A DNA stretch of 64,000 nt from a virus (lineage: Duplodnaviria > Caudoviricetes): IMG/VR virus record IMGVR_UViG_3300035562_000079, positions 19,743 to 83,742 of that record. One strand, written 5' to 3'. This document shows, in pieces, positions 19,841 through 28,618 of this stretch. Made by a program: the position numbers and the translations under genes. Positions within the stretch are counted from its first letter, which is position 1. Each line of letters begins with the position of its first letter. Below the pieces are notes generated by a model, which searched no databases, was not told where the DNA came from, and saw only the letters and a program-made list of their open reading frames with translations.

Positions 19841-20619
19841 TACTTTTCTCCAAATAGCGCATTAATGACGCTGGTGGGCGTGATCGCCGTTATGGCTCCT
19901 TGCATAGGTGAACTCATACCCATTGAGTCCAGAACTGAAATGCCTACAGCGTTTTTGAAAGCCTTGGCCGCCAGGGCGACAGAAGTAACGCCATCAGCTG
20001 TTAATTTACTTGCCGCCCCATAAGCCTCTGTAAGCCCGCTGGTGGCGTTTTTCATGTCACCGCATGCGGTGACTAATCTTTTAACCAATTCATCGCTTAG
20101 CGTTGGTGCTGGTGGCGCTGTTGGTGCGCTGGCCCCACCAGCTGGCGGCGGGATGTTCAGGATTTTGTTAATGTCGTTCATTACATTGAGCACGGGTTGC
20201 GGATTTACTTTCGTCACTGCGTTTGACATCGCCTTGACGATTACCGTGTCGGCAAGTGCTGTTACCAGCGCGGGTGCAGCGCCGGACGGCTTGCTTTCTC
20301 CCTTTAGGTAACAATCCCAACCAATATTTACGGTGATCAGCTCCGACGGTGATTGGTAGGTGGCGAACGCGGCTACAAAACCCCGCCCGCTCGATTCCGC
20401 AAACTCTAGCGCCTTGGCTACTTCTTTAATTTGACCGATCGGTGCTGAGATGCTCGCGGGATATTCGATACCAGGGAGCAATACAGCCAGCAAAGAATCG
20501 GCTTTATCCTTCGACTGATCGCTTACTGCTGTTGCCAGGGTTACTGAGGCGGCCGGTGTGAAGCCTGATTTATTTAGCTCTCGGAAAGCATTGACCTGTT
20601 TCGGGTTATCCAACATCAA
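19840..20619 (-). CDS. upfB: UpfB-like virion protein
   Basis: IGWD.Y motif and Ala-rich profile as in P1 UpfB; synteny. Confidence 0.7.
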   Translation of the reverse strand: MMLDNPKQVNAFRELNKSGFTPAASVTLATAVSDQSKDKADSLLAVLLPGIEYPASISAPIGQIKEVAKALEFAESSGRGFVAAFATYQSPSELITVNIGWDCYLKGESKPSGAAPALVTALADTVIVKAMSNAVTKVNPQPVLNVMNDINKILNIPPPAGGASAPTAPPAPTLSDELVKRLVTACGDMKNATSGLTEAYGAASKLTADGVTSVALAAKAFKNAVGISVLDSMGMSSPMQGAITAITPTSVINALFGEK

Positions 20620-20900
20620 GCCACCTCCACCAGCGGGTCACCGGATGCTACGACGGAGCCACAAGAAACAGGATCGTCTTTGCAGACGATCCCTTTACCA
20701 TTGACGGTTATCCAAGGCCGGGTTGAAACCGCAGTGCCGCTATGCACTGTGTTACCGTCTGTGTGTTCGCTGAAGGCACTACCATCGACCATTACCGGTA
20801 TACCGTTGATAGTAACCAAAGGGTCACCGTCGACACATGGGCGAGGGGGGAAACCCTCATGCCCAGAGCAAACAGCCCCTTTGACGGAGATATTTGCCAT
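20616..20900 (-). CDS. upfC: PAAR-like spike tip UpfC
   Basis: CSGH.GFPPR..VTING.P..H..D.VSCGS PAAR pattern. Confidence 0.88.
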   Translation of the reverse strand: MANISVKGAVCSGHEGFPPRPCVDGDPLVTINGIPVMVDGSAFSEHTDGNTVHSGTAVSTRPWITVNGKGIVCKDDPVSCGSVVASGDPLVEVA

Positions 20901-21580
20901 TAACGGAACACCCCTTCCAATCTGGCCTGAAAATCCTCTTCTGTTTCTTCAGGCTTGCGTAGTGAGCTGATGTTGAAGCGAGACTTCACTAATGACGATT
21001 TCAACGTTGAGTGGTGCATTACCTGGTACTGCTCGCTGGTGGCTAATTCATAGCACAATGGCTTTTCGCCATTCATTACCAAAGGCTCATCGCAAACGAG
21101 GATCGTATCAGGGTTAATCGCAGCAGCAGATTTTTGCCAATCCTGGGTTGAGGCGAATGGCGCCAAACCCTCGATGATGATATCGATCGGTAACTCAGCC
21201 CGTAGCGCTACGAAATCAGGAGTGAAAGCGCTATGGTCAACGAACTCGACAAACGTGCGGGCTTCATGGCGCTGATAAATGCGATTACCAGTAATTACGA
21301 GGGGCTGATCGCGGGGGAGCATTTCGTTAACCGCTGAAATGACGAATGGGGCGTATTTTGCGGCGTTTTGGCTAACTACGAGTGTCGATCGACGCTTATC
21401 GATCAGGTTAGCCACTGCAATGTTCGTGACGTTATTCGTTAAGCCACACACGGGGCCGGCAAGCAGCATTAAGCGCTTATCTTTGCCGGGGGTGAAGAAG
21501 GCTTCGACCGTATCTTGCTGTTGGGACGTGAGTTTCACCATGAGATGAGGATTTGAAAAAATACCGGAGCTAATTGCCAT
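20900..21580 (-). CDS. Degenerate terminase ATPase-domain paralog
   Basis: Colinear with the N-terminal half of PacB in this window, with mutated Walker motifs (see findings). Confidence 0.55.
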   Translation of the reverse strand: MAISSGIFSNPHLMVKLTSQQQDTVEAFFTPGKDKRLMLLAGPVCGLTNNVTNIAVANLIDKRRSTLVVSQNAAKYAPFVISAVNEMLPRDQPLVITGNRIYQRHEARTFVEFVDHSAFTPDFVALRAELPIDIIIEGLAPFASTQDWQKSAAAINPDTILVCDEPLVMNGEKPLCYELATSEQYQVMHHSTLKSSLVKSRFNISSLRKPEETEEDFQARLEGVFR

Positions 21581-21791
21581 TGCTTATACCTCTCAGCTAA
21601 AGCGTGAAATGAGTTTGAATGGATGAAGGGAGGGCTTAACCGTATCCGAACTGAGTTTTCATTCTTTAGCGGAAGATCGGGTGAAGTTTGGGCTATTAGC
21701 CGTCCTGGCCTTTATGCCTGGCAAATTAGACACGTACAATGGCCCGGTCGGCGGCACGTAGCCGCCATAATCGAAGTAAAAGGGAATTAGT

Positions 21792-22247
21792 TTGAAACTT
21801 AAAACGTTGCTGTTATCGGCATCGATCGCTCTATTGGCGCCCCAGGCATTTGCACAGGAACCTGCAATGTCATTCAAATGCGATCAACTGAATATTCTGG
21901 TGTACAAACAGAGCGACGCCAAAGGGCGCAAAGTGGTGACACTGAACGGCACTAGGCAAGATGATGTAAAGACGTCGCTCTCAACTCGTTCAGGAAAAAA
22001 GGTTAGTACGGTTTCGTTTGTAGAACGCGCCCAAGCTGGTGGCTCTTATGGGCTGTATAATCTGTATATCATTCGGGCTGAAGGCGTGTACTTAACAAAT
22101 GATTGGCTGGATGCCGATGATAAGCCTAAGCGGGAAGCCAAGGTGTATCAGTGCGATTACAAAGGTGAGATTAACGCGGCAACGCCAGCACAATTTACAG
22201 CCTGGGAAGCGCGCAGAAACGCTGAAGCGATGGATGCCCGGAGCTAA
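21792..22247 (+). CDS. Secreted/periplasmic protein
   Basis: Sec signal peptide ending AFA; two Cys; RBS AAGGGA. Confidence 0.7.
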   Translation: MKLKTLLLSASIALLAPQAFAQEPAMSFKCDQLNILVYKQSDAKGRKVVTLNGTRQDDVKTSLSTRSGKKVSTVSFVERAQAGGSYGLYNLYIIRAEGVYLTNDWLDADDKPKREAKVYQCDYKGEINAATPAQFTAWEARRNAEAMDARS

Positions 22248-22250
22248 GCG

Positions 22251-23516
22251 CTACCGCACCTTAAACTTAGGCAGATCTGACCACCGTGTTGTATAGGCAG
22301 GTGAAAGCCATTGCCGCTTCATCTCGAAGCCTGTGTCGATGCCTTGGCCTGCCAAAAATAGCGTGCCTCGAGCGTCTTTGTTTAACCTGTCCATAACAGC
22401 CATTAACTTTTCACTGTTCGGCCGTGGCGGAGCATCGTCAAAGAGTACCAGCTGCGCTTCACGGCCACTAAAATCCGCCAGCATAATGCCCGCTTTAGCA
22501 TACCTGATCCCTGGGCGCCAAATTCGAAGAAGCGCCCGCTGGGCCGCCGCCACAACATCCCGCGTATCCTGTGTAGGCGTGGTGAGAATTTCACAATGTT
22601 GATTGCTGTATTGCACGTCATTAGAAAACGGGCTGGTACGGATAAACACCGATATAGCTTTGCAATACTGTTTTTCCTGCCTCAGCTTTCCGGCCGCTAT
22701 TGATGCGTGACCGCAGATAGCTTGTTGCATATCCACCAGCTCAGTGACTCGCTGACCGAATGATCTGGAGCTGATGATCTGCTGTTTTGTCGGGGGATGT
22801 TCCTCGAGGGCCAAGCAAGCCTCGCCGCGCAGCTCTCGAACGGTACGCTCCAGCATCACGCCAAAGTTCTTCCGTATGAACTTGGTATCGGCAAGGGCCA
22901 GATCCAATGCTGTTTTATACCCCATAACGGTTAATTTTTTTGTAAGCTGCCGACCAACGCCCCAAACTTCAGATACCGGCAACAAGGACAGTAATTTGTA
23001 GCGCCGCGCAGCATCATCAAGCACAACTACGCCCCCCGTTTTGCTCCACGTCTTTGCGGCGTGATTGGCAATCTTCGCAAGGGTTTTCGAGGGGCCAAAC
23101 CCGACACCTATTGTTAGTCCAGTCGCCCGGTAGACGGCATTTCGCAGCTGGTGGCCGAACTCCTCGTAAGACATTGCCTTCCCGAGGCCTGCGCACTCAA
23201 TGAATAGTTCGTCGACACTGTACTGCTCCACGTTGGCTGATAGAGATTCCACTGTTGCGACAAATCGCGCTGACATGTCTGCGTAAAGCGCATAATTTGA
23301 AGAAAATACAATAACTTGATGCTTCTTGATTAAATGTTGCACCTTGAATAGCGGTTCACCCATTTTTAAGCCAGCCAACTTTGCGAGGCGGTTTCTGGCA
23401 ACAATATTGCCATCGTTGTTTGAACTCACGACGACCGCGCGATTGTCCAAGTCTGGTCTGAAAACCTGCTCGCATGAGGCATACATTGAATTAACGTCAG
23501 CAAGTGCAAACATCAT
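22251..23516 (-). CDS. umuC: Y-family DNA polymerase V subunit UmuC
   Basis: FALADVNSMYASCE, YSVDE and LSPAYTTRW motifs. Confidence 0.95.
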   Translation of the reverse strand: MMFALADVNSMYASCEQVFRPDLDNRAVVVSSNNDGNIVARNRLAKLAGLKMGEPLFKVQHLIKKHQVIVFSSNYALYADMSARFVATVESLSANVEQYSVDELFIECAGLGKAMSYEEFGHQLRNAVYRATGLTIGVGFGPSKTLAKIANHAAKTWSKTGGVVVLDDAARRYKLLSLLPVSEVWGVGRQLTKKLTVMGYKTALDLALADTKFIRKNFGVMLERTVRELRGEACLALEEHPPTKQQIISSRSFGQRVTELVDMQQAICGHASIAAGKLRQEKQYCKAISVFIRTSPFSNDVQYSNQHCEILTTPTQDTRDVVAAAQRALLRIWRPGIRYAKAGIMLADFSGREAQLVLFDDAPPRPNSEKLMAVMDRLNKDARGTLFLAGQGIDTGFEMKRQWLSPAYTTRWSDLPKFKVR

Positions 23517-23953
23517 GGTAGCGCCTTGTGCAGCCAGAACGTGACAACCCCCCACACTTCGAATGTGTCAGGATCTGGATATATGGGACTGTATGCGGCA
23601 TTCATCGGCATGAGGCATAGGGTAGGGCGTGTGTGCAACATTTTCACGGTAAACTCGCTATCGACCTTAGCGATGATGATAGAGCCGTGTTTTGCCCGGA
23701 GGTCGCGATCCACTATAAGTAAATCGCCATCATGTATCCCGGCCTCAATCATTGAGTCACCTTCAGCCCAGCCAAAGAATGTTGAGTGCTTTTTGGCGAT
23801 GCAATACTCATTCAGATCCAGGGAGGCATCTTCGTATCCCTGTGCGGGTGAGGGAAACCCAGCACGAATGCGTTCTGCAAATAGCGGGGTGCGCATTTGT
23901 GGCACGCTGGCGCTGGGGTGGAGGATAGGGAAAGGTGCTTCTATAAGTTTCAT
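23513..23953 (-). CDS. umuD: UmuD (S24 autopeptidase)
   Basis: AGFPSPA cleavage site; GDSM and FTVK catalytic motifs. Confidence 0.93.
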   Translation of the reverse strand: MKLIEAPFPILHPSASVPQMRTPLFAERIRAGFPSPAQGYEDASLDLNEYCIAKKHSTFFGWAEGDSMIEAGIHDGDLLIVDRDLRAKHGSIIIAKVDSEFTVKMLHTRPTLCLMPMNAAYSPIYPDPDTFEVWGVVTFWLHKALP

Positions 23954-23969
23954 GATCGCTTCCGTAATA

Positions 23970-23985
23970 CTGTATACATATACAG
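23970..23985. promoter_or_regulatory. LexA (SOS) box
   Basis: CTGTATACATATACAG just upstream of umuD. Confidence 0.92.
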
Positions 23986-24068
23986 TATATATTGCCGGGA
24001 GCGAATTATACAAATACAGCCGTTCGCCATAAAAAAACGCCCTCACTAAGGAGGGCGTTAGACAAGCC

Positions 24069-24434
24069 TTAACGTAGCTGAGCAGTAGTGCAATTATAGA
24101 TTTCCGCCAGCTTGGCTAGTGTCGCGGCCTGTGGGCGCTTCGAGCTTTCCCACTGAGACACGGAAGCCTGCGTTACACCCAGCTTTGCGGCAACATCCGC
24201 TTGGGATAAGTTGCGATAGATGCGCCATGCAGCCAGCAGGCTCACGTCTTCTTTGACTTTGATACCAACGACAGCATGAGGAATTACGTCATCGTCATTG
24301 CTATCTGCTGAGTATGGGACATCTTCATACGCATCATCATTTTCGGCCGCAGCCATAAGACGTTTATAGTCGTCGATCGGTATTACGGCGTAAGCAACGT
24401 TGTCGTTGCTATCTTTCAGAAATTGAACGGACAT
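24069..24434 (-). CDS. HigA-like HTH antitoxin
   Basis: YAVIP.DDY N-terminus plus XRE HTH; downstream of a RelE-like gene. Confidence 0.8.
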   Translation of the reverse strand: MSVQFLKDSNDNVAYAVIPIDDYKRLMAAAENDDAYEDVPYSADSNDDDVIPHAVVGIKVKEDVSLLAAWRIYRNLSQADVAAKLGVTQASVSQWESSKRPQAATLAKLAEIYNCTTAQLR

Positions 24435-24545
24435 ATTTAAATCCTCGACTTCAGGAACAGTTCATAACTCTAACTTAATAAATCATACTTCATACTTATT
24501 AAGTGTTAATTTAACGGTGTTGAGGGGGTTTCCCCCCTCACTCGC

Positions 24546-24806
24546 TTAGCTGTAGGTGTTTGTTGTCCGGCGCTTAACCATCAGTATTTTGATGACCGTT
24601 GGCACCCCGTCGATAACTTCAAACAACACTCGGTAATCACCAACCCGCATCCTGTATTCATTATCGCCATCTTTCATCTTTTTGATATCGAGGTTAACGG
24701 TGGGAAACCCTGTTAACTGGTCGACCTTCTCAAAGATTTTTCGCTTATACCGCACATCGATGCTATCCAACTGCTTCTCAGCGCGGCGTGACCAAACTAT
24801 CTCCAT
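24546..24806 (-). CDS. RelE/ParE-family toxin
   Basis: A.KQL..I and YRMRVGDYRVLF motifs. Confidence 0.88.
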   Translation of the reverse strand: MEIVWSRRAEKQLDSIDVRYKRKIFEKVDQLTGFPTVNLDIKKMKDGDNEYRMRVGDYRVLFEVIDGVPTVIKILMVKRRTTNTYS

Positions 24807-25049
24807 ACGCCTTACCTTTCCCGTTCTTAAAGAGCATCGCCTTGCGATATGCGACCAATATAAGGTTTTACATAAGGTTATGCAAGCATTATCTTATGTT
24901 AATGCTTATATTAATCTTATACTGGATGTGCGGGGCAGCTACTACAAGGGAAATGACGGTTAACTTTATAGCTCAGGCGCGAGATAGAGGCACAATCTTC
25001 ATGGAGGCATAGAAAAAGCCCACTTGGTGGGCTTGCATGGCTGATGGCA

Positions 25050-25298
25050 TCACGGTCTTGGTCGCCGACCGATCTCATGCCAGATGTATGCGAGACGGCC
25101 TACGGTGCCCTGACAATGCTTGCAGCGATACTGCGCTCGACCAAACTCTCCCTCAAGCGTCTCCTCTTGAAACTCATGATAGGGACAAGACTTGAGCTTA
25201 TCGATATTTGCTTTTACTTGAGCGGCTATTTGCCGCATCCCATCCCCGGAGATACCAACAGCTTCCCCAATGACGTCTAAACCGTTTTTTTTATGCAT
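25050..25298 (-). CDS. Hypothetical Cys-containing protein
   Basis: C..H and CKHC motifs. Confidence 0.55.
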   Translation of the reverse strand: MHKKNGLDVIGEAVGISGDGMRQIAAQVKANIDKLKSCPYHEFQEETLEGEFGRAQYRCKHCQGTVGRLAYIWHEIGRRPRP

Positions 25299-25460
25299 GT
25301 TCTAATTCTCTAATATTTTCCGTTCGTTAGGAGCCAATGGTATTGCCCCTCGAACAATTAGATAAAAGGCCAAAAGGAAGCCGGGGGCCAGTGTGCTGCC
25401 TGCAATCGAAATACAGATTAAATAGTGCTCCATATCAATAGTCACAGTGCCTCCACGCGG

Positions 25461-26333
25461 TTAGAAGGTAGCAATCAGATCGGCGGCATTCTTCCTGGTA
25501 TCACCTTTACAGCTAAGTGAACGCGGGGCATCAAGCTGGTGGATGGTCATTCCATGCTTGACGTACAGCTCAATGACGTTCGGCGCCCGGCTGTTTGTGA
25601 TAATGACGGCTGCGCCGCGCTGGTGGGCAGCTGCGAGGTGATTCATCAATGCTTCTTGATCTGCAAAGCTAAACCCACCCGATGAGTAAGTGGTAAACCC
25701 TTCTTTTCCGGGTAACGGCTCGTAAGGTGGATCGCAAAAGACCACATCACCGGCGCCAGCTTGGGCTATCGTGCTCTGAAAGTTTTGATGTGAAAATTTG
25801 CAGCGCGTCGAAACTGAATGACACACCTTTATCTCGTCAACCGGCAGATAGGGGGACTTATACTTGCCGTAGCTTGTGTTAATGGCGCCAGCGAGGTTGT
25901 AACGCATCAGCCCGTTGAAGCAGTGTCGGTTGATAAAGATAAAGTGAGCTGCGCGGGCCACCAGCGGCATGCTGAGCTTCTCATTATTAAACTGCTGGCG
26001 TACTGCGGCGAACCCCTCTGCGGTGTTCTTGGTGCCAAATAGCTCCACCAGCGCCGTAATTAACGTGTCCGGCGAAGACTGGATCACATGGTAGGTCGTG
26101 ATTAGGTCATTGTTTATATCGCCGCATAGATATTCAGGGAAATCGAAGTTCATGAACACCGATCCTCCGCCAACAAACGGTTCGATCAGACGTTTGCCTA
26201 CTGGAAGGAATTGGGCGATTGTTGGTAACACCGAGGATTTACCCCCTGCCCATTTAAAAACGGAGCGTACTGGCTTCTCCCGGAGTGGGGCGCGTGTAGT
26301 CAAAGTATTCGCAGAAGGGCAGGTTACTTCCAT
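25461..26333 (-). CDS. dam: Dam-family adenine methyltransferase
   Basis: KWAGGK, EPFVGGGSV, FNGL.RYN and DPPY motifs. Confidence 0.93.
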   Translation of the reverse strand: MEVTCPSANTLTTRAPLREKPVRSVFKWAGGKSSVLPTIAQFLPVGKRLIEPFVGGGSVFMNFDFPEYLCGDINNDLITTYHVIQSSPDTLITALVELFGTKNTAEGFAAVRQQFNNEKLSMPLVARAAHFIFINRHCFNGLMRYNLAGAINTSYGKYKSPYLPVDEIKVCHSVSTRCKFSHQNFQSTIAQAGAGDVVFCDPPYEPLPGKEGFTTYSSGGFSFADQEALMNHLAAAHQRGAAVIITNSRAPNVIELYVKHGMTIHQLDAPRSLSCKGDTRKNAADLIATF

Positions 26334-27253
26334 TCCGATTCCCCCCCAAACGCGACTAATGTGTCGTTAATCACCTCTGCCACTGTCTCTGCCATCAGCA
26401 AAAAATCGGCTCGTTTACGAACGTCAGAGCCGCTCTCGTCCTCCTCTTGCATTTCATCGTTCATTTCTAAGAACAAGTCGGAGAACTTCAGGCGTTTGAA
26501 CGAGCAATCATCGGTCATCATGAAATTGACGTGGAATTTTGTGGCGTGGAACATGCTGAGGTTTGTGACCAGTTTGCCGCTCGATACTGTGGACTCGATT
26601 GTGTCGCTACCTAAAGGCTCATTTCGGAATGATGTTGTTCCACCCTCAGAGAGAATGCTTACCATGCGGGCATCACACTCCCCCTGCATGTGGAGCGGCG
26701 CCGGGGCTTCCCCTGCCTTCATCCATTCGGTCATTACCAGTTCGATAGGTTCTTTGGTGGTGATTGGCACAACCGGCAAAGAACCCAGCGTTTTTCGAAG
26801 CAATGCCAGCACATCCTCTGCGCGTTTAGCATTAGTGGTATCAACGATGATCCTCCCCTTATCTTGGTCAATCCAGAGCTGCGTCTCTACCTTTCGGGTG
26901 AATGCTCTAGGGAGTAGGTTTTGCAGAACCTCATCTTTAATTGTCGCGCGCTCTGCGTGCTTTAGTCGGCGGTGTTGTTCTTGCTCCAACTGGTTAACAC
27001 GTTCATTAACTTGGGCTTTTAGGAAGTCGGGAGGAATGACCTTTTTCTCGGTCAGCATAGTGATCAGAATGTGGTTCTTCATCTGAAGCGAGAATTGTTC
27101 TTTGCCATCGAGAGCCTTCCACCCGCTACGGCTCATGTCGTGTGCTCCGCACGGCGTGAATGCCATTGCTTTCAGCTGCTCATTGAGATTTTCCGGCGCT
27201 ATAGCCCCGGAGCGATGTAGATACACCACCGCATTTTTGAACAGGGTAAACAA
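26324..27253 (-). CDS. rdgC: Recombination-associated protein RdgC (HrdC)
   Basis: FKN, FTPC...GW, LLPRAF and LRKTLGSLPVVP motifs; TTG start after AAGGAG. Confidence 0.92.
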   Translation of the reverse strand: MFTLFKNAVVYLHRSGAIAPENLNEQLKAMAFTPCGAHDMSRSGWKALDGKEQFSLQMKNHILITMLTEKKVIPPDFLKAQVNERVNQLEQEQHRRLKHAERATIKDEVLQNLLPRAFTRKVETQLWIDQDKGRIIVDTTNAKRAEDVLALLRKTLGSLPVVPITTKEPIELVMTEWMKAGEAPAPLHMQGECDARMVSILSEGGTTSFRNEPLGSDTIESTVSSGKLVTNLSMFHATKFHVNFMMTDDCSFKRLKFSDLFLEMNDEMQEEDESGSDVRKRADFLLMAETVAEVINDTLVAFGGESEWK

Positions 27254-27514
27254 AGGGTTCTCCTTGATGTTTTGTAAAACTAATTTCAAATTAGTTTAAC
27301 AGAGTTAATGCTCATTCACGTCAACTTTTGTGCGGGTGACGCTGGTGGTTATGTGAAGAGTTACCAGGAATGTAGCGGCCATATTTGAGAGAGGGAGGGG
27401 GCTTGGAGTGAGGCAAAGCAATATGCCAAATGGAGTAAAGGGGCTATCCTATAATGGCTTTTAAAATAGATAGTTAAATGGATTACTGCAATTTTTAGGC
27501 TTAAGGAAGGTTTT

Positions 27515-27907
27515 ATGACTACGGAACAAAGCAACTACATCTCACAGCAAAACGAGCCAAGAAACTATACCAGCGAGGAAAAGATGATGATCATCCAGCT
27601 CGCAGGTGTCTTGTACTCGCCGGAAAAAATTCAAACTCTTTGGGAAATGTTTTCCGCAATGAACAAGGATATTGAGGATTTGAAGGACGTGGAAAAGAGA
27701 GCAGATCTTGATTATGGAAACACTCACGTAGTGAGCGAAAGGAAGCAGCTCAACATAACGATAGCCGCAGCTAGTCGCAAACGGAAAATGCTCCAACAAG
27801 AATACAATATCCTTATCAAGGAGCATCATCTTGTTGTAAAACTAAAATCCTTTGAGAAGGAAGTTAAGGCGCCATACGAACCTAACGAAAAAATGATTGA
27901 GTTGTAA
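27515..27907 (+). CDS. Hypothetical AT-rich coiled-coil protein (moron-like)
   Basis: Strong RBS; opposite strand to neighbours; low GC. Confidence 0.6.
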   Translation: MTTEQSNYISQQNEPRNYTSEEKMMIIQLAGVLYSPEKIQTLWEMFSAMNKDIEDLKDVEKRADLDYGNTHVVSERKQLNITIAAASRKRKMLQQEYNILIKEHHLVVKLKSFEKEVKAPYEPNEKMIEL

Positions 27908-27982
27908 ATCTAGGCACATGACTGAACAGAAGTTATCCACAAATTCTGTTGATAACCGCCGGACGCCGGCGGTTTATCGTGC

Positions 27983-28618
27983 TCAAGCTTTGTCAAAGGC
28001 TATCTGAGCACCTTTGAAGCTAATCTTCCCACCAGCGGTAAAATCCATATTGCCAGCCGCCTTCACGTCCACATCACTGGCAGCGACCAACGTCACTTTG
28101 CCACCTGCACTGATAAACGCATCGCTACTGCTGATCATATAGGATTGACCAGCCTCATTCATTCCAATGGTAGAGCCATCATCGATACGAGTAATGGCAT
28201 AACCACCACCAACAGAGCGCACCTCAAGCAGGCCGTTGCGTTTCAGTACCGCGTCCTTTGTTGAGTTGAGCTTTGGAGCTGGTGGGGCGCCTTCAACGTC
28301 TGGGGGCGTGTACTGGCCGCCCTGGCCCGAAGCCTCGGGAGGAACGTTAGGCACACCACCGGGCCAGTCTTGTGCCGCACCTATAATCATGGGCCGTCGT
28401 GAGTCGCCTTCATACGGAAACTCTACCCATACTAGATCGCCTGCAATGGTAGGGACAAAACCGCCCCCAATCGGTAGTAGGTATTCAGCCCAAGGCAGAG
28501 CCGAATCAGCCATATCATCCCACTCATGCATTAGGCGTATCTGTGCTTTCATCATCCCGCCCTGGTGCACGGTACTGACGATTTTAGCTCGGCGTTTTCC
28601 AATGATTTTGTTATGCAC
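27983..28618 (-). CDS. 5: Baseplate spike gp5 (OB-fold/gpV-like)
   Basis: LPWA..GD.VWVEF..GD..RP motif; beta-helix C-terminus. Confidence 0.85.
   Translation of the reverse strand: MHNKIIGKRRAKIVSTVHQGGMMKAQIRLMHEWDDMADSALPWAEYLLPIGGGFVPTIAGDLVWVEFPYEGDSRRPMIIGAAQDWPGGVPNVPPEASGQGGQYTPPDVEGAPPAPKLNSTKDAVLKRNGLLEVRSVGGGYAITRIDDGSTIGMNEAGQSYMISSSDAFISAGGKVTLVAASDVDVKAAGNMDFTAGGKISFKGAQIAFDKA

Noticed and set aside
23954-24046. N-terminal extension of UmuD
   Set aside because: It runs through the LexA box and promoter
26000-28000. tRNA genes expected from P1 synteny
   Set aside because: No cloverleaf or T-loop signature seen by eye
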